Source: an uncultured Spirochaetota bacterium (lineage in GTDB: Bacteria > Spirochaetota > Spirochaetia > SZUA-6 > CAVTHK01). Taken from it: a DNA stretch of 64,000 nucleotides. Positions 51,443 to 62,236 of this stretch are shown here, piece after piece. Position 1 is the stretch's first letter, and each line of letters starts with the position of its first letter. The position numbers and the translations under genes are program-made. The notes beneath the pieces were generated by a model that had not been told where the DNA came from, did not search any database, and saw only the letters and a program-made list of their open reading frames with translations. The stretch is taken from NCBI GenBank assembly GCA_963734495.1, contig CAVTHK010000003.1, positions 259,660 to 323,659 on the forward strand, given 5' to 3'.

Positions 51443-52639
51443 ATGAAAAAGAAGGTATTCGCGCTGCTGGAGGGCTGCGAAGGCGTCGATCGTTATCTCA
51501 GCGCCCTCGAGGGCGACGTGTACAATGTCGAGCGCATCGGCGCGGACAGCGCCGGGGTCGGCGCCCTGTCCGAGAGGGTGCACGCCCACGCTGCCGCCGA
51601 GGCGGCTCCCTTCATTTTTGTCGTGGACAAGAAGAGGTTCCGGCACGAGGAGTCCAGCCGGGAGATCTCCCTGGCCATGGCGGCCCACGGGATCGCCGTG
51701 GAGCCCGTCTTTCTCGTGGTCGCCAGGAATTTCTCCGTGGAAGAGATGGGCCGCATCCTCCGCCGCGGCAACCTGTTCGTTCTCCCCCGCACGTCCGGGA
51801 GCGCCGCGCGCCCGACGGGCTTTGCGCGCTTCAACGCCGCGCTCGAGAAGGTCTTTGTCGATTTCGAGCTGCAGAGCCGCCTCGCGCGCTACGTGGCCGA
51901 CGACCTCCAGAGCTTCGCCCACAACGAGCAGCTGCGCTCCACCAAGGAGGAGATCGAGCGGGTCAACCAGGAGCTGGCGCTCCAGAACCGCGTCGACGAG
52001 CTGACCAAGCTGCTCAACCGCAGGGGCATCATCGAGAGCATGAGGATCGCCAAGGGGCGGGCCGGCCGCGAGCGCTGGCGCCTTGCCGCGAAGGCGGAGC
52101 TGGTCGACCCGCAGCGCGGGGTTCCCGCCGGCGAGATCAACGAATTCTTCGGCCACCTCTCGTGCATGATGATCGACGTCGATCACTTCAAGCACGTCAA
52201 CGACAGCTACGGGCATGTGGTCGGAGACGAGGTGCTGCGGTCGATCGGCAAGCTGTTCCACAGGAAGGGCATCTTCCGCGCGGAGGACATCTGCGGCCGC
52301 TACGGCGGCGAGGAGTTCACCGTGATCCTGCCCGCCACCAGCGCCGTCAACGCGTTCGTGCCCGCGGAGAAGTTCCGGGCGGAGCTCGCGCGGCTCAACT
52401 TTTCCTCGGAGCGCGGCGAGAAGTTCCGCGTGACCGCGAGCATCGGCATCGCGGAGCTCAGCGACTCCGAGGAGACGATCGACGAGATCGTCAGCAAGGC
52501 CGACGCGGCGCTCTATCGGGCCAAGGAGAGCGGCCGCAACAAGACGGTCATCTACGACGAGGACAGCTTTACGCACGACGACGTGTTCCGCGCGTCCGAA
52601 AGGCGCGTCGAAGACATCGAGGAGATCGGCGGCGACTGA
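51443..52639 (+). CDS. diguanylate cyclase (GGDEF domain, GGEEF active site) with uncharacterised N-terminal domain and coiled-coil linker
   Basis: Intact 398 aa. DVDHFKHVNDSYGHVVGDEVL, RYGGEEF, ALYRAKESGRN. Confidence 0.85.
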   Translation: MKKKVFALLEGCEGVDRYLSALEGDVYNVERIGADSAGVGALSERVHAHAAAEAAPFIFVVDKKRFRHEESSREISLAMAAHGIAVEPVFLVVARNFSVEEMGRILRRGNLFVLPRTSGSAARPTGFARFNAALEKVFVDFELQSRLARYVADDLQSFAHNEQLRSTKEEIERVNQELALQNRVDELTKLLNRRGIIESMRIAKGRAGRERWRLAAKAELVDPQRGVPAGEINEFFGHLSCMMIDVDHFKHVNDSYGHVVGDEVLRSIGKLFHRKGIFRAEDICGRYGGEEFTVILPATSAVNAFVPAEKFRAELARLNFSSERGEKFRVTASIGIAELSDSEETIDEIVSKADAALYRAKESGRNKTVIYDEDSFTHDDVFRASERRVEDIEEIGGD

Positions 52640-52688
52640 CCGGCAGCCGCAGGCGCTGCGGCGCCGCGGCAGCCGCGGGTGCCGGGGA

Positions 52689-53492
52689 CTACTCCCCGGC
52701 GAGGGCACGCTCCGCGTACGCCACGCCGCGGCGGAAAATCGCCATCCCCCCCGCTTCGGCCACCGGCTCCCGCGTCCAGCGGGGGTGGTTCTCCGGGTGC
52801 TGGAACGCTTCCGGGTGGGGCATGAGCCCGAAGACGCGGCCGCTCGCGTCGCACAGGCCGGCAATGTCCCTCACCGAGCCGTTGGGGTTGTCCGGATAGC
52901 TCGCGGGCGCCTGCGCCCCGGGCTGCCGCGGCAGGTAGGTCGCGGCGATGCGGCCGCCTCGCTCGAGCGCTTCCAGGACCCGCGCTTCGGGCGCGATCAG
53001 CTTGCCCTCGCCGTGACGTACGGGCAGCTCGGTCGGGGGGATCCCTTCGGTCCAGACGCACGCGGAGCGCGGAAAGCCCAGCCTGACCCAGCGGTCCTCG
53101 AACTTGCCCGAGTCATTGGCCACGAGCGAGACCTCGGGCTTTCCCGCCGCCGAGAGGTCGGGCAGGAGCCCCGCTTTCACGAGCACCTGGAACCCGTTGC
53201 AGATGCCGATCACGAGGCGGCCGCCGCGGATAAAGCGCTCCAGCGCCGGGCCGACGCGGCGGCGCAGCAGGACGGCGAGGACGCGGCCCGACCCCAGATG
53301 GTCGCCGAACGAGAAGCCGCCCGGGAGCGCGAGGATGTGACAGTCGTCCAGCCGGAATACCCCGTCGACGAGGTCGCTCACGTGCACGCCCGCCGGCTCG
53401 GCTCCCGCCGCGCGGAACGCGTCGAGCAGCTCCTCGTCCGCGTTGATGCCCAGCCCCTGCAGCACGCAGACCCGCACCCGCCGGCCGCTCAT
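52689..53492 (-). CDS. purQ: phosphoribosylformylglycinamidine synthase glutaminase subunit
   Basis: ALPGGFSFGD, GICNGFQVL, HPE. The ATG at 53492 overlaps the purL stop (ATGA). Confidence 0.85.
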   Translation of the reverse strand: MSGRRVRVCVLQGLGINADEELLDAFRAAGAEPAGVHVSDLVDGVFRLDDCHILALPGGFSFGDHLGSGRVLAVLLRRRVGPALERFIRGGRLVIGICNGFQVLVKAGLLPDLSAAGKPEVSLVANDSGKFEDRWVRLGFPRSACVWTEGIPPTELPVRHGEGKLIAPEARVLEALERGGRIAATYLPRQPGAQAPASYPDNPNGSVRDIAGLCDASGRVFGLMPHPEAFQHPENHPRWTREPVAEAGGMAIFRRGVAYAERALAGE

Positions 53493-56478
53493 GGCTGCCT
53501 CCCGCTCCATGCGCCGCGGACCGCCTCGAGCGTCAGCTCGAGCAGCGGACGAGCGCCTCGGCTCACGCGAAGGAGCGGCTCACCCAGCACCGAGCCCGCG
53601 CGGGCCATCTCGGCGCCGCGCATGCGCCGCTCGAAGGCGGCGCGGCTTGCGGGACGCACCGAGACCAGGAAGCGCGAAGGCGTCTCGCAGAACAACAGCC
53701 GGTCCGCCTCGGCGGCCGCGGGGCCTGCCCCGGCCGGGACCGCATCGGCGTCCAGCTCCGCTCCGAGCCCGCCTCCGATCGCGGATTCGCACAGCGCCAC
53801 CGCGAGCCCGCCGTCGGAGAGATCGTGGCAGGACGCGACCAGCCCCTCGGCGATGGCGCGGTGCAGCGCGCGGTAGCCGGCCATCGCCGCCGCGGGCTCG
53901 ACGGCCGGGGCCTCGCCCAGGGGCGCGCCCACGAGCCGCTCGTAAGCCGTGCCGCCGAGCTCGCCGCGCGTCGCTCCCACGACGTAAAGCGCGTCGCCGG
54001 CGGACTTGAAGTCCGTCGTCACGGCGCGGCTCACGTCCTCGATGATGCCGACGAGCGAGACCAGCAGCGTGGGCCGGACCGAGATCTTGCGGCCGCCGGC
54101 GAAGGCGTCGTTCTTCATCGAGTCCTTGCCCGAGATCAGCGGAAGGCCGTACGCCACGCACGCCTCGGCGAGCCCGCGGCACGCGCGGACGAGCTGCGCG
54201 AGCTTGTGCGGCCCGTCCGGGTTGGTCGGCGAAGCGATCGGGTCCGGCCAGCAGAAGTTGTCGAGCGCCGCTGCCTGATCCGGGTCGCCGCCGCAGCGCC
54301 ACGTGCGCGCGCAGGGCCTCGTCGACCGCGCACATCGCCATCCGCAGCGTGTCGTGGTCGCCGTAGCGCGGGCAGATCCCGTGCGTGACCGTGATGCCCC
54401 GGCGGCCGGCGCGCCCGAGCCGCAGCACCGCGCCGTCGGACGGGCCGTCCTCGCGCGCGCCGCAGAAGGGCTTGATCACCGAGCGGGCCTGGACCTCGTG
54501 ATCGTACTGGCGCACCAGGTCCTCTTTGCTCGCGACGTTCGGGTCCGCGAGGAGGGCGAGCAGGTCCGCGCGGAGGTCGCGGCCCGAGCGGTCCGCTTCG
54601 CCGCGAGGCTGCGGGTCCCAGACCGCCTCGAGGCGCATCCGGGGCAGACCCTCGGCGAGAAAGGCGCACGAAAGGCGCGCTACGAGGCGGCCGTCGTGGA
54701 AGACTTCGACCAGCCCGGAGTCCGTGAACTGCGCCGACGACCGTGGCCTCGACGCCGCGCCGGCGGGCGAGCGCGAGCAGCTCGCCGGCCTTTTCCGGCG
54801 CGACGGCGAGGCTCATGCGCTCCTGCGACTCGGAGAGCAGGATCTCCCACGGGGCGAGCCCCGCGTACTTGAGCGGGCACTTGTCGAGCTCGATGCGCAC
54901 GCCGCCCGGCTCCATCGCCATCTCGCCGAGGGACGACGAGAGGCCGCCCGCGCCGTTGTCGGTGAGCCCGCGGTACAGGCCGCGGTCGCGGGCCTCCATC
55001 AGCAGGTCGGTCATCCGCTTCTGGATGATGGGGTCGCCGATCTGCACCGCCGAGGTCGGCGAGGTTTCGTCGAGCGCGAGCGATGAGAACGTCGCCCCGT
55101 GGATCCCGTCCTTGCCGATGCGGCCGCCCACCATCACCGCGAGGTCGCCGGGCTCGACGTGCTTGACCCAGCCCTCCTCGCCGTTGAGGCGCGCCGGGAG
55201 GATCCCGCCGGTGCCGCAGAAGACCAGGGGCTTCCCGAGGTAGCTCTCGTCGAACAGGAACGCGCCCGCCACGACGGGGATGCCCGACTGGTTGCCGCCG
55301 TCGACGATCCCGTGATGGACGCCCTCCAGCACCCGCGCGGGGGGCAGCAGAGCCGCCGGGACCCGGTCCGCCGGAGTCGCCGGGTCGGCGAAGCAGAGGA
55401 CGTTCGTGTTGAAGATCGGCCGCGCGCCCATGCCCGTGCCGAGGATGTCGCGGTTGACGCCCACGATGCCGGTGATCGCCCCGCCGTAGGGGTCGAGCGC
55501 CGACGGGGAGTTGTGCGTCTCGACCTTGAACGCCAGCAGCGTCTCCTCGTCGACCTGGATCACGCCCGAGTTGTCGTGGAACACGCTCTTCAGAAAGGGC
55601 TTCGCGATCCGCTCCGTGGTGCTGCGGATGTACGTGCGGAACAGGGAGTCCACGTGCTCGACGCGGTCCCCCTCCCGGTAGGCGATCGAGGCCGCGAAGA
55701 TCTTGTGCTTGCAGTGCTCGCTCCACGTCTGGGCGATCATCTCGAGCTCGACGTCGGTGGCCTCGGCACCGATCCCCGCGGCGGTCCGTTCGCCGCGCCC
55801 GGACGCGACGTAGCCGCGGATCGCCCGCATCTCCTCCGTGGTCAGGGCGAGCAGCCTCCGCCGCGAGAGCGCCGCGAGCTCCTCGTCGCCCATCGCGGCG
55901 ACGTCGAAGCGCTCGACCCAGGCGGGGCTCGCCGGGACGACGTGCGGGTAGAGCGCGGGCGGCCGCTCGCCGCGCTCCCACCGCGCCCGGTCGAGGGCGA
56001 GCGCGCTCTGGATCAGGGGGTTGTGGAGGGCGGCGGCGAGAGCGGCCGCGCCGGCCGCGTCGAAGCTGCCGCCGAACAGGTACTGGCGCGCGGTCTGCAC
56101 GACGGTTCCCGCCGGCAGCGGATGCCCGAGCACCGTTTCCATGGCCTCGCGGGCGGTCAGGGCCACCGTGTCGGTCACGCCCGGTCGCGGCGTCACCTCG
56201 ATGAGGCACTGCCACCGCGCATGTCGCCCCGCGAGCGGCTCGTCGATCAGGCCCTCTTCGGCGACCGGATCCGTAAAGGTCTCCTCGACCTGCGCCCGCG
56301 TGAGAGCGCACCCGTCGACCAGGTAGACGTCGACGAGCGTGAGGTCCTCGAGAGGGAGCCCGAGGCCGCGGCGGAGCCGGCCGAGCAGCCGCGCCGCGCG
56401 GCCGTCGGTCACGCCGGCGCGAAACGTCACCTCGATCCGCACGAACGCGAGACTACACGCCGCGCCCCGGAGGGGCAA
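53489..56478 (-). pseudogene. purL: phosphoribosylformylglycinamidine synthase subunit PurL with N-terminal PurS-like domain; two +1 breaks (about 54735 and 54300)
   Basis: VRIEVTFRAGVTDGRA (PurS-like), WSEHCKHK, ETHNSPSALDPYGGA, GKDSMKND. The start is uncertain (ATG at 56478 or GTG at 56442). Confidence 0.85.
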
Positions 56479-56602
56479 GGGGCCGGCGCACCGGACGCCG
56501 CGCGAGTCTACGGCGCCGCGGCAGTCCGTTGGCGGTCAGGGCGGTCGGCGGGGGGCACTGGACACGCCGGATCGACATTGGCTACTTTGCTCTTCCATCG
56601 AT

Positions 56603-57112
56603 ATGTCTGAGCCAAGCTGCTTCCGTGCCGGGAATGTGCACTCGATTGCCGCCACGGACAAATACGGGGCGATCGCCGAGCTGATCCGCAACGCGGGCGC
56701 CCTCGCCGAGGTCGAGGACCTCGGTCAGTTCGAAGAGTGCGTCATCACGCGCGAAAGGATCGCGGGCACGGGTCTCGGACGGGGCGTGGCCGTGGCTCAC
56801 GGCAAGACGCCGCTCGTGGACCGTGTCATCGTGACGCTCGGGGTGTCGAAGGCCGGCATCGACTTCGGGGCGCCTGACGGGCTGCCCGTGCACCTGCTGT
56901 TTCTCGTGGCGAGCCCCCCGGACAAAAGCTCTGAATACCTCATGGCGCTCTCGGCGATCGCCAGGCTCTGCAAGCTGCAGGAAGTCAAGGAGCGGGTCCT
57001 CGGCGCGCCGATCGCCGATGCCGGCCGCTACCTGGCGGATGTCTTCGCGAGGACCCTGCACAGCCGCTGCGAGCGGCTGGCGGGGAGCCTCGCCCTGAGC
57101 AGCCTCTTCTAG
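56603..57112 (+). CDS. PTS EIIA type-2 (PtsN-like) domain protein
   Basis: KYGAIAELI, GTGLGRGVAVAHGK, VHLLFLVASP. Confidence 0.65.
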   Translation: MSEPSCFRAGNVHSIAATDKYGAIAELIRNAGALAEVEDLGQFEECVITRERIAGTGLGRGVAVAHGKTPLVDRVIVTLGVSKAGIDFGAPDGLPVHLLFLVASPPDKSSEYLMALSAIARLCKLQEVKERVLGAPIADAGRYLADVFARTLHSRCERLAGSLALSSLF

Positions 57113-57153
57113 GAGCCTGGTCGACGTGCGGCTGACCGCCGTTCCCGCCGCTT

Positions 57154-57183
57154 CCGCGGGTCTGGGCACGGCGGACCGTGCCC
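57154..57183. terminator. GC-rich hairpin followed by a 10-bp palindrome; weak terminator candidate
   Basis: GGGCACGG-CGGA-CCGTGCCC at 57154-57173, then GATCTAGATC at 57174-57183. There is no U-tract. Confidence 0.3.
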
Positions 57184-57241
57184 GATCTAGATCTTCCTGG
57201 ACTATAGAATAGAAGAAGGCGCCCTCCCGGGAAGGCAGGAC

Positions 57242-58231
57242 ATGCGGATCGACGCTTATGCGCACACAGGGGTGCCCCGGTTCGGCTCCGCCGAGCAGGG
57301 TCGGACGTTTCTGGAGTCCGCGGGCATCGACAAGATCGTGTTCGTGCTCGGGCCGGAGGTGCCGGACCTCGCGCAGATCCCGCTCGCGCACGAGGCCCTC
57401 GGCGAGCGCGTGCGCACCTTCGGCATCCCCTTCGGCCGCGACGAAGCCCAGGTCGAGGAGATCGCGCGCGCGCAGATCCAGGCGGGAGTCCTCGGCTTCC
57501 GCCTCGAGCCGCGCCAGGTGCTGGCCTACCCGCGCGTGCTCACCCTCATCGGCGAATCCGCCCGCTGGATCTACGCCACCAATCCCGCGCACTCGGAGCC
57601 CGTCTGCAGCGCACTGTCCGAATGGCTGGAGAGCTACCCGGAGGGCTTCGTCGGCGCGCCTCACTTTCTCATGCCACGGGTGCCGGACGGCGCCCGGCGC
57701 CGGGCCGTGGAGCGGCTCGCATCCCACCCGCGGTTCTTTGCGATCTTCTCGCGCCACGGCGGCGTGGGCAGCGCGATGCCCTATCCCCACGAGGACCTGA
57801 GGGACTGGGTGCGCTTCGTCCTCGACCTCTGCGGAAACGGGCGGGTGCTCTGGGGAAGCGAGTTCCCCGTCTTCACGTGGCGCGGCGAACGCATCGAGGA
57901 ATGCCTGGCCTGGTACTCCGCGCTCATGCCGGAGACGGCCGCCGACGCGGTCGAGGGGTTCCTCGGCGGCAACGCTCAGCGGATCATCTTTTCCCGGCCC
58001 GCGCCGCCGCGCTCCCGGCCGGCTGCGCCCCCGTGGGTCGAGCGCCAGTTCGACCGCAACCGGACCGTGCCGCTGTTTCCCCGCGGCCTGGCCCTCCCGA
58101 TGCCGGTCTACCGCGTCTACCTCGACCGCTACCTGGCCCGCGTGGCACGGGAGCCGAAGCTGCTGCTCGAGGATGTGTTCCGGGAAGCGCTGACGGAAGC
58201 GGCGAAAGACTCAGAAGCGGCGAAAGACTAG
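57242..58231 (+). CDS. amidohydrolase-2 (PF04909-like) family protein
   Basis: Intact 329 aa. MRIDAYAHTG start and WGSEFP near the C-terminal third. Assigned by general resemblance only. Confidence 0.55.
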   Translation: MRIDAYAHTGVPRFGSAEQGRTFLESAGIDKIVFVLGPEVPDLAQIPLAHEALGERVRTFGIPFGRDEAQVEEIARAQIQAGVLGFRLEPRQVLAYPRVLTLIGESARWIYATNPAHSEPVCSALSEWLESYPEGFVGAPHFLMPRVPDGARRRAVERLASHPRFFAIFSRHGGVGSAMPYPHEDLRDWVRFVLDLCGNGRVLWGSEFPVFTWRGERIEECLAWYSALMPETAADAVEGFLGGNAQRIIFSRPAPPRSRPAAPPWVERQFDRNRTVPLFPRGLALPMPVYRVYLDRYLARVAREPKLLLEDVFREALTEAAKDSEAAKD

Positions 58232-58827
58232 CGGTCGCGCCTGCGCGGGAGCTTCCGCTGCGGGGCCTTTCCCCTGGCCTGCCGCTCCCGCTTGGAGCGG
58301 CACCGGGCGATGGCGTCCTCGCACTCCTTTACGCCTTCGGGATCGGTCTCCTGGCGGTAGGAGGTCTCATAGGCACGCTCCGCCTCCTCGTAGAGCCCGC
58401 TCACTTCCAGGGAATAGCCGAGCTCGTACCATGCCTCGGGGTAGGGGCCCTGAAAGACGTCCTCCACCAGGTTGCGGAGCTCCCGGGTGGCCTCTTCGAT
58501 CTTTCCCTGGTTGCGCAGGGCGCAGGCCAGGTTGAAGCGCGCGTCGGTGAACGCGGGGGCCAGCTCCACGGCCCTGCGCAGGAGCGCCACGGCCTCGTCC
58601 ACGCGGCGGCCGGGGAGCCGGAAGGCGTAGATCCAGCCGAGATGATTCAGCGCCTCGAGATGCGACGGGTCCGCGGACAGAACGGTCTCGAGCAGGTCGG
58701 CGGCCTGCCGGAAGCGGCCATCGCTCGCAAGCTGGTCCGCCTCGGCGAACGAGTTCTCGAGGAACGTCCGCTGCTGCGCGTCGTTGCGGATCAGGCGGAA
58801 ACTTTTGTCCTTGTCGTCCTCGTCCAT
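58228..58827 (-). CDS. tetratricopeptide-repeat protein
   Basis: Repeated TPR-like helices (ALNHLGWIYA, ARFNLACALRNQGKIEEA, AWYELGYSLEVSGLYEEAERAY). ATG at 58827. Confidence 0.65.
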   Translation of the reverse strand: MDEDDKDKSFRLIRNDAQQRTFLENSFAEADQLASDGRFRQAADLLETVLSADPSHLEALNHLGWIYAFRLPGRRVDEAVALLRRAVELAPAFTDARFNLACALRNQGKIEEATRELRNLVEDVFQGPYPEAWYELGYSLEVSGLYEEAERAYETSYRQETDPEGVKECEDAIARCRSKRERQARGKAPQRKLPRRRDR

Positions 58828-59015
58828 TTCCTGCTTCCAGCGCTCAATGTGCCTCGACCGCGTGCTCCGCAGCAAGCCCCGCGGCCAGTGTAGCGTTTTG
58901 CGGCCGCCGACGCGAGCCCCGGGAGCGGCCCCGGGCGGCGCCAGGAGGCGCCCGACCGGGCGACGTCGCCTGATCTCGTTTGATCGCGGGCGCCTTCTTT
59001 CCATATAGTTGTCTG

Positions 59016-59700
59016 GTGAGACTGCTTCGGATCGTCAGGGCGGCGGCCCTTGCCGGCGCGGCTGCCGCAGCCGCCGCGGCTCTCGCCGCCTGCGTCCGGG
59101 CGCCGGCCGTGGCGCGGGCCGCCGCGCCCGCCCCGCGGCCCGGGCGCGAGGTCGGGGTGCCGCCTTCGCTGGCCGCCGGCAGCCTCCTCGTCTCGCGGGC
59201 GGGGCTGCAGGACCCCAGCTTCGCCCAGTCCGTCGTGCTCCTGGTCGAGGCGGGCGAGGACGGCGCCTGGGGGCTGATTCTGAACCGGCCGACGGAGCTC
59301 GCGCTCGGCCGTGCCTTCCCCGACGTCGAGGCTTTCCGCGGGCAGGGCGGCGTGCTGCACTTCGGCGGCCCGGTCGACGCCCAGGCGCGTGCTCGCGCTC
59401 GTGCGCACGCAGGCCGAGCCGGATGAGTCGCGCCCCGTGCTCAAGGGCGTTCGGCTGTGCTGGAGCATGGACGTCATCGGCGGGCTCGCGCGCAACGGAG
59501 TCTCCTTTCGCGTGTTCGCCGGCTACGCCGGCTGGGGCGCCGGGCAGCTCGACGCCGAGCTCGCGCGCGGCGACTGGCACGTGATGAGCGCGAACGAGGC
59601 GCTCGTCTTCGACCAGGACGGCGCCGGGCTCTGGGAGCTCCTCAACCGCAAGTCGTCCACGCTCGTCGTCGAAGCCCCCCGAGTACGGGGGCAAGTGCCG
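59016..59700 (+). pseudogene. YqgE/AlgH (UPF0301) family protein with lipoprotein-type signal peptide; +1 break near 59385, 3-prime end not resolved
   Basis: AAALAAC lipobox. LLVSRAGLQDPSFAQSVVLLVEAGEDGAWGLILNRP, VLHFGGPVD, FAGYAGWGAGQLDAELARGDWHV. TATAGT sits 6 nt upstream of the GTG at 59016. Confidence 0.55.
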
Positions 59701-59749
59701 GGGCCGACGACGCGGCCGCCGGCCCTCGGACCGCCCCGGGGACGTAGCG

Positions 59750-60960
59750 GTGACGTTCGTCGGCTTCGGGCTCGGCGCGATCCAGACCGGGCTCTTCCTC
59801 TACGAGGCGCGGCGCTCGGGCGCCTTTGACCGGCTGGTGGTGGCCGAGATCGACAAGCCGCTGGTGCGCGCGGTGCGCGCGAGCGGGAGCGTGTCGGTGA
59901 ACGTGGCGTGGAGCGACGGCGTCGAGCGCGCCCGCATCGAGGGCGTGGAGCTGCTCGACCCGAACGAGGCCGCAGACCGCGCCGCGCTGGTCCGCGCGGC
60001 AGCCGAGGCGCACGAGCTGGCCACCGCCGTGCCGAGCGTGGCCGCCTATGGCCGCGGAGGCGAATCCTCGCCTGCCCGCGTGCTCGCTGAGGCGCTTGGC
60101 GCCGCCGCCGGCGGACAACGCGTCCTCTACGCGGCAGAGAACCACAACCGCGCCGCGGAGATCCTGTCGTCCGCCGTCGGCCCGGCGGCGGCGATCGCCC
60201 GGGTTCCAGGCGCTGAACACCGTGATCGGCAAGATGAGCGGGGTGATCGCGGACCCCGCCGAGATCGAGGAGTCGCGCCTCGCGCCGCTCGCGCCCGGGA
60301 TCGGCCGCGCGGCGCTCGTCGAGGAGTTCAACCGCATCCTCGTGAGCCGCGTGACGCTGGCGGGCTTCCGCCGCGGGCTCACGGTCTTCGAGGAGAAAGA
60401 CGACCTGCTGCCGTTTGAAGAGGCGAAGCTCTTCGGCCACAATGCCATCCACTGCCTGCTCGGGTTCCTCGCCCGGCGGCGCGGGTACTCCCTGATGAGC
60501 CAGGCGGCCGGCGACGGCGAGCTGATGGGGTTCGCGAGGGAAGCCTTCATTCTAGAATCCGGGGCCGGGCTTCTCGCGAAGCACCGCGGGGTAGGGCGAC
60601 CCGCTCTTCGCGGAGGCGGGCTTCGAGGCGTACGCCGACGACCTGCTCGCCCGCATGGGCAACCCGTGGCTGCGCGACACGGTCGAGCGCGTCTGCCGCG
60701 ACCCGGAGCGGAAGCTGGGCTACGGGGACCGGCTGTTCGGCGCGATGCGCCTCGCGCTCGCTGCCGGCGTCCGGCCCGTGAGGATCGCGGCCGCGGCGAG
60801 GGCGGCGATCGAGCACCTCGCGCCCGGGCCGCTCGACGCGGCGGCGATCCGTGGTATCCTCGAGTCGATCTGGAGCCGCGGGCCGGCGGAGGCCGACGGC
60901 CTCGCGGAGGAGTGCGTCCGCCTCGTGGCCGAGGCGCGGCCGATGGGGCGCGGGAGGTGA
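59750..60960 (+). pseudogene. mannitol dehydrogenase family oxidoreductase; two +1 breaks (about 60200 and 60600)
   Basis: TFVGFGLGAIQTGLF Rossmann start. YAAENHNRAAEIL, LNTVIGKMSGV, EEFNRILV, KLFGHNAIHCLLGFL, RVCRDPERKLGYGDRLFG. Confidence 0.6.
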
Positions 60961-60964
60961 GGCG

Positions 60965-61273
60965 ATGATCGTGCGTGCGGTGCGGGTGTACGTAAAGCCG
61001 GAAGCGGTCGAGGCCTTCGAGCGCGCGACGGTCGAGAACCGCGCGGGGTCGATCAGGGAGCCGGGCGTGCTGCGCTTCGACGTGCTGAAGAGCGCGGAGC
61101 GGCCGGCCGAGTACCTCCTCTACGAGGTGTACGCCGACGACCAGGCCACCGCGGACCACAAGGAGACCGCTCACTACAAGAAGTGGAACGAGACCGTGGC
61201 TCCCATGATGGAACGCAAGCGGGAGGGCGCCGCCTATGCTCCGGTGGCGCCGCTCGACCGCAAGTCCTGGTAG
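60965..61273 (+). CDS. antibiotic-biosynthesis-monooxygenase (ABM) domain protein
   Basis: 102 aa with GGGAGGTGAGG upstream. [38 protein letters not shown]. Confidence 0.65.
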   Translation: MIVRAVRVYVKPEAVEAFERATVENRAGSIREPGVLRFDVLKSAERPAEYLLYEVYADDQATADHKETAHYKKWNETVAPMMERKREGAAYAPVAPLDRKSW

Positions 61274-61283
61274 AGGCCCGGGA

Positions 61284-62236
61284 GTGGCTCGCTACCTGGT
61301 CACCGGCGGCGCGGGCTTTATCGGGAGCCACGTCGCCGCCGCGCTCGCGAAGCAGCACGAGGTGATCGTGCTGGACAACTTTTCCTCGGGCAGCCGCGCG
61401 AACCTCGCGGGAGTCGCCGTCGCGCGTGGTCGAAGGCGACGTGCGCGAAGCGCGGTCCCTCGCAAAGGCCTGCGAGGGCGTCGAGGCGGTCTTCCACCTC
61501 GCGGCGCGGATCAGCGTGGCCGGCTCGATGGAGACGCCCGCCGACACCGTCGGAGTCAACACGGTCGGGCACTCTGGCGCTGATCGAGGCCGCGCGCCGC
61601 GCCGGGGCAAAGGCGATCGTGCTCTCCTCGTCGGCCGCGATCTACGGCGACGACCCGAGGCTGCCCAAGCGCGAGCGCATGGTCCCCGATCCGCGCAGCC
61701 CGTACGCGGTGTCGAAGCTCGATGGAGAGTATTACCTGCGCATCTTCGCGGCGCCTCACGGGATGCGCGCCGTGGCCCTGCGCTACTTCAACGTCTTCGG
61801 CCCGCGGCAGGATCCCAGATCGCAGTACGCGGCCGCCATTCCGGCGTTCATCAGCCGGGCCATCGCGGGCGAGCCGATCACCATCTTCGGCGACGGGAAG
61901 CAGACGCGCGACTTTGTCTTCGTCGAGGACGTCGCGCGGGCCAACCTCCTGGCCGCAGGCGTGCTCTCCGCCGCGGGCCGCGGCGCTCCGCCTTTTGCCG
62001 TCTACAACGTCGGCGGCGGCCGCTCGATCTCCATCCTCGAACTGGCGCGCGTGATCATCCGCGCCACCGGCTCCTCCTCGCGGATCGTGCACGCGGACCC
62101 GCGGCCCGGCGACGTGCGCGCCTCGCGCGCCGACGTGTCGCTCATCCGCCGCGACCTCGGCTTCCGCGCCGAAGTCGCGCTGCCCGAAGGCCTTCGCCGC
62201 ACCATCGAAGCTTTCCGGGCCCCCGTCCGCGCATGA
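61284..62236 (+). pseudogene. NAD-dependent epimerase/dehydratase (UDP-sugar 4-epimerase-like); two +1 breaks (about 61425 and 61570)
   Basis: GTG start with GAGG upstream. [19 protein letters not shown], the YAVSK catalytic motif, RYFNVFGPRQ. Confidence 0.8.
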
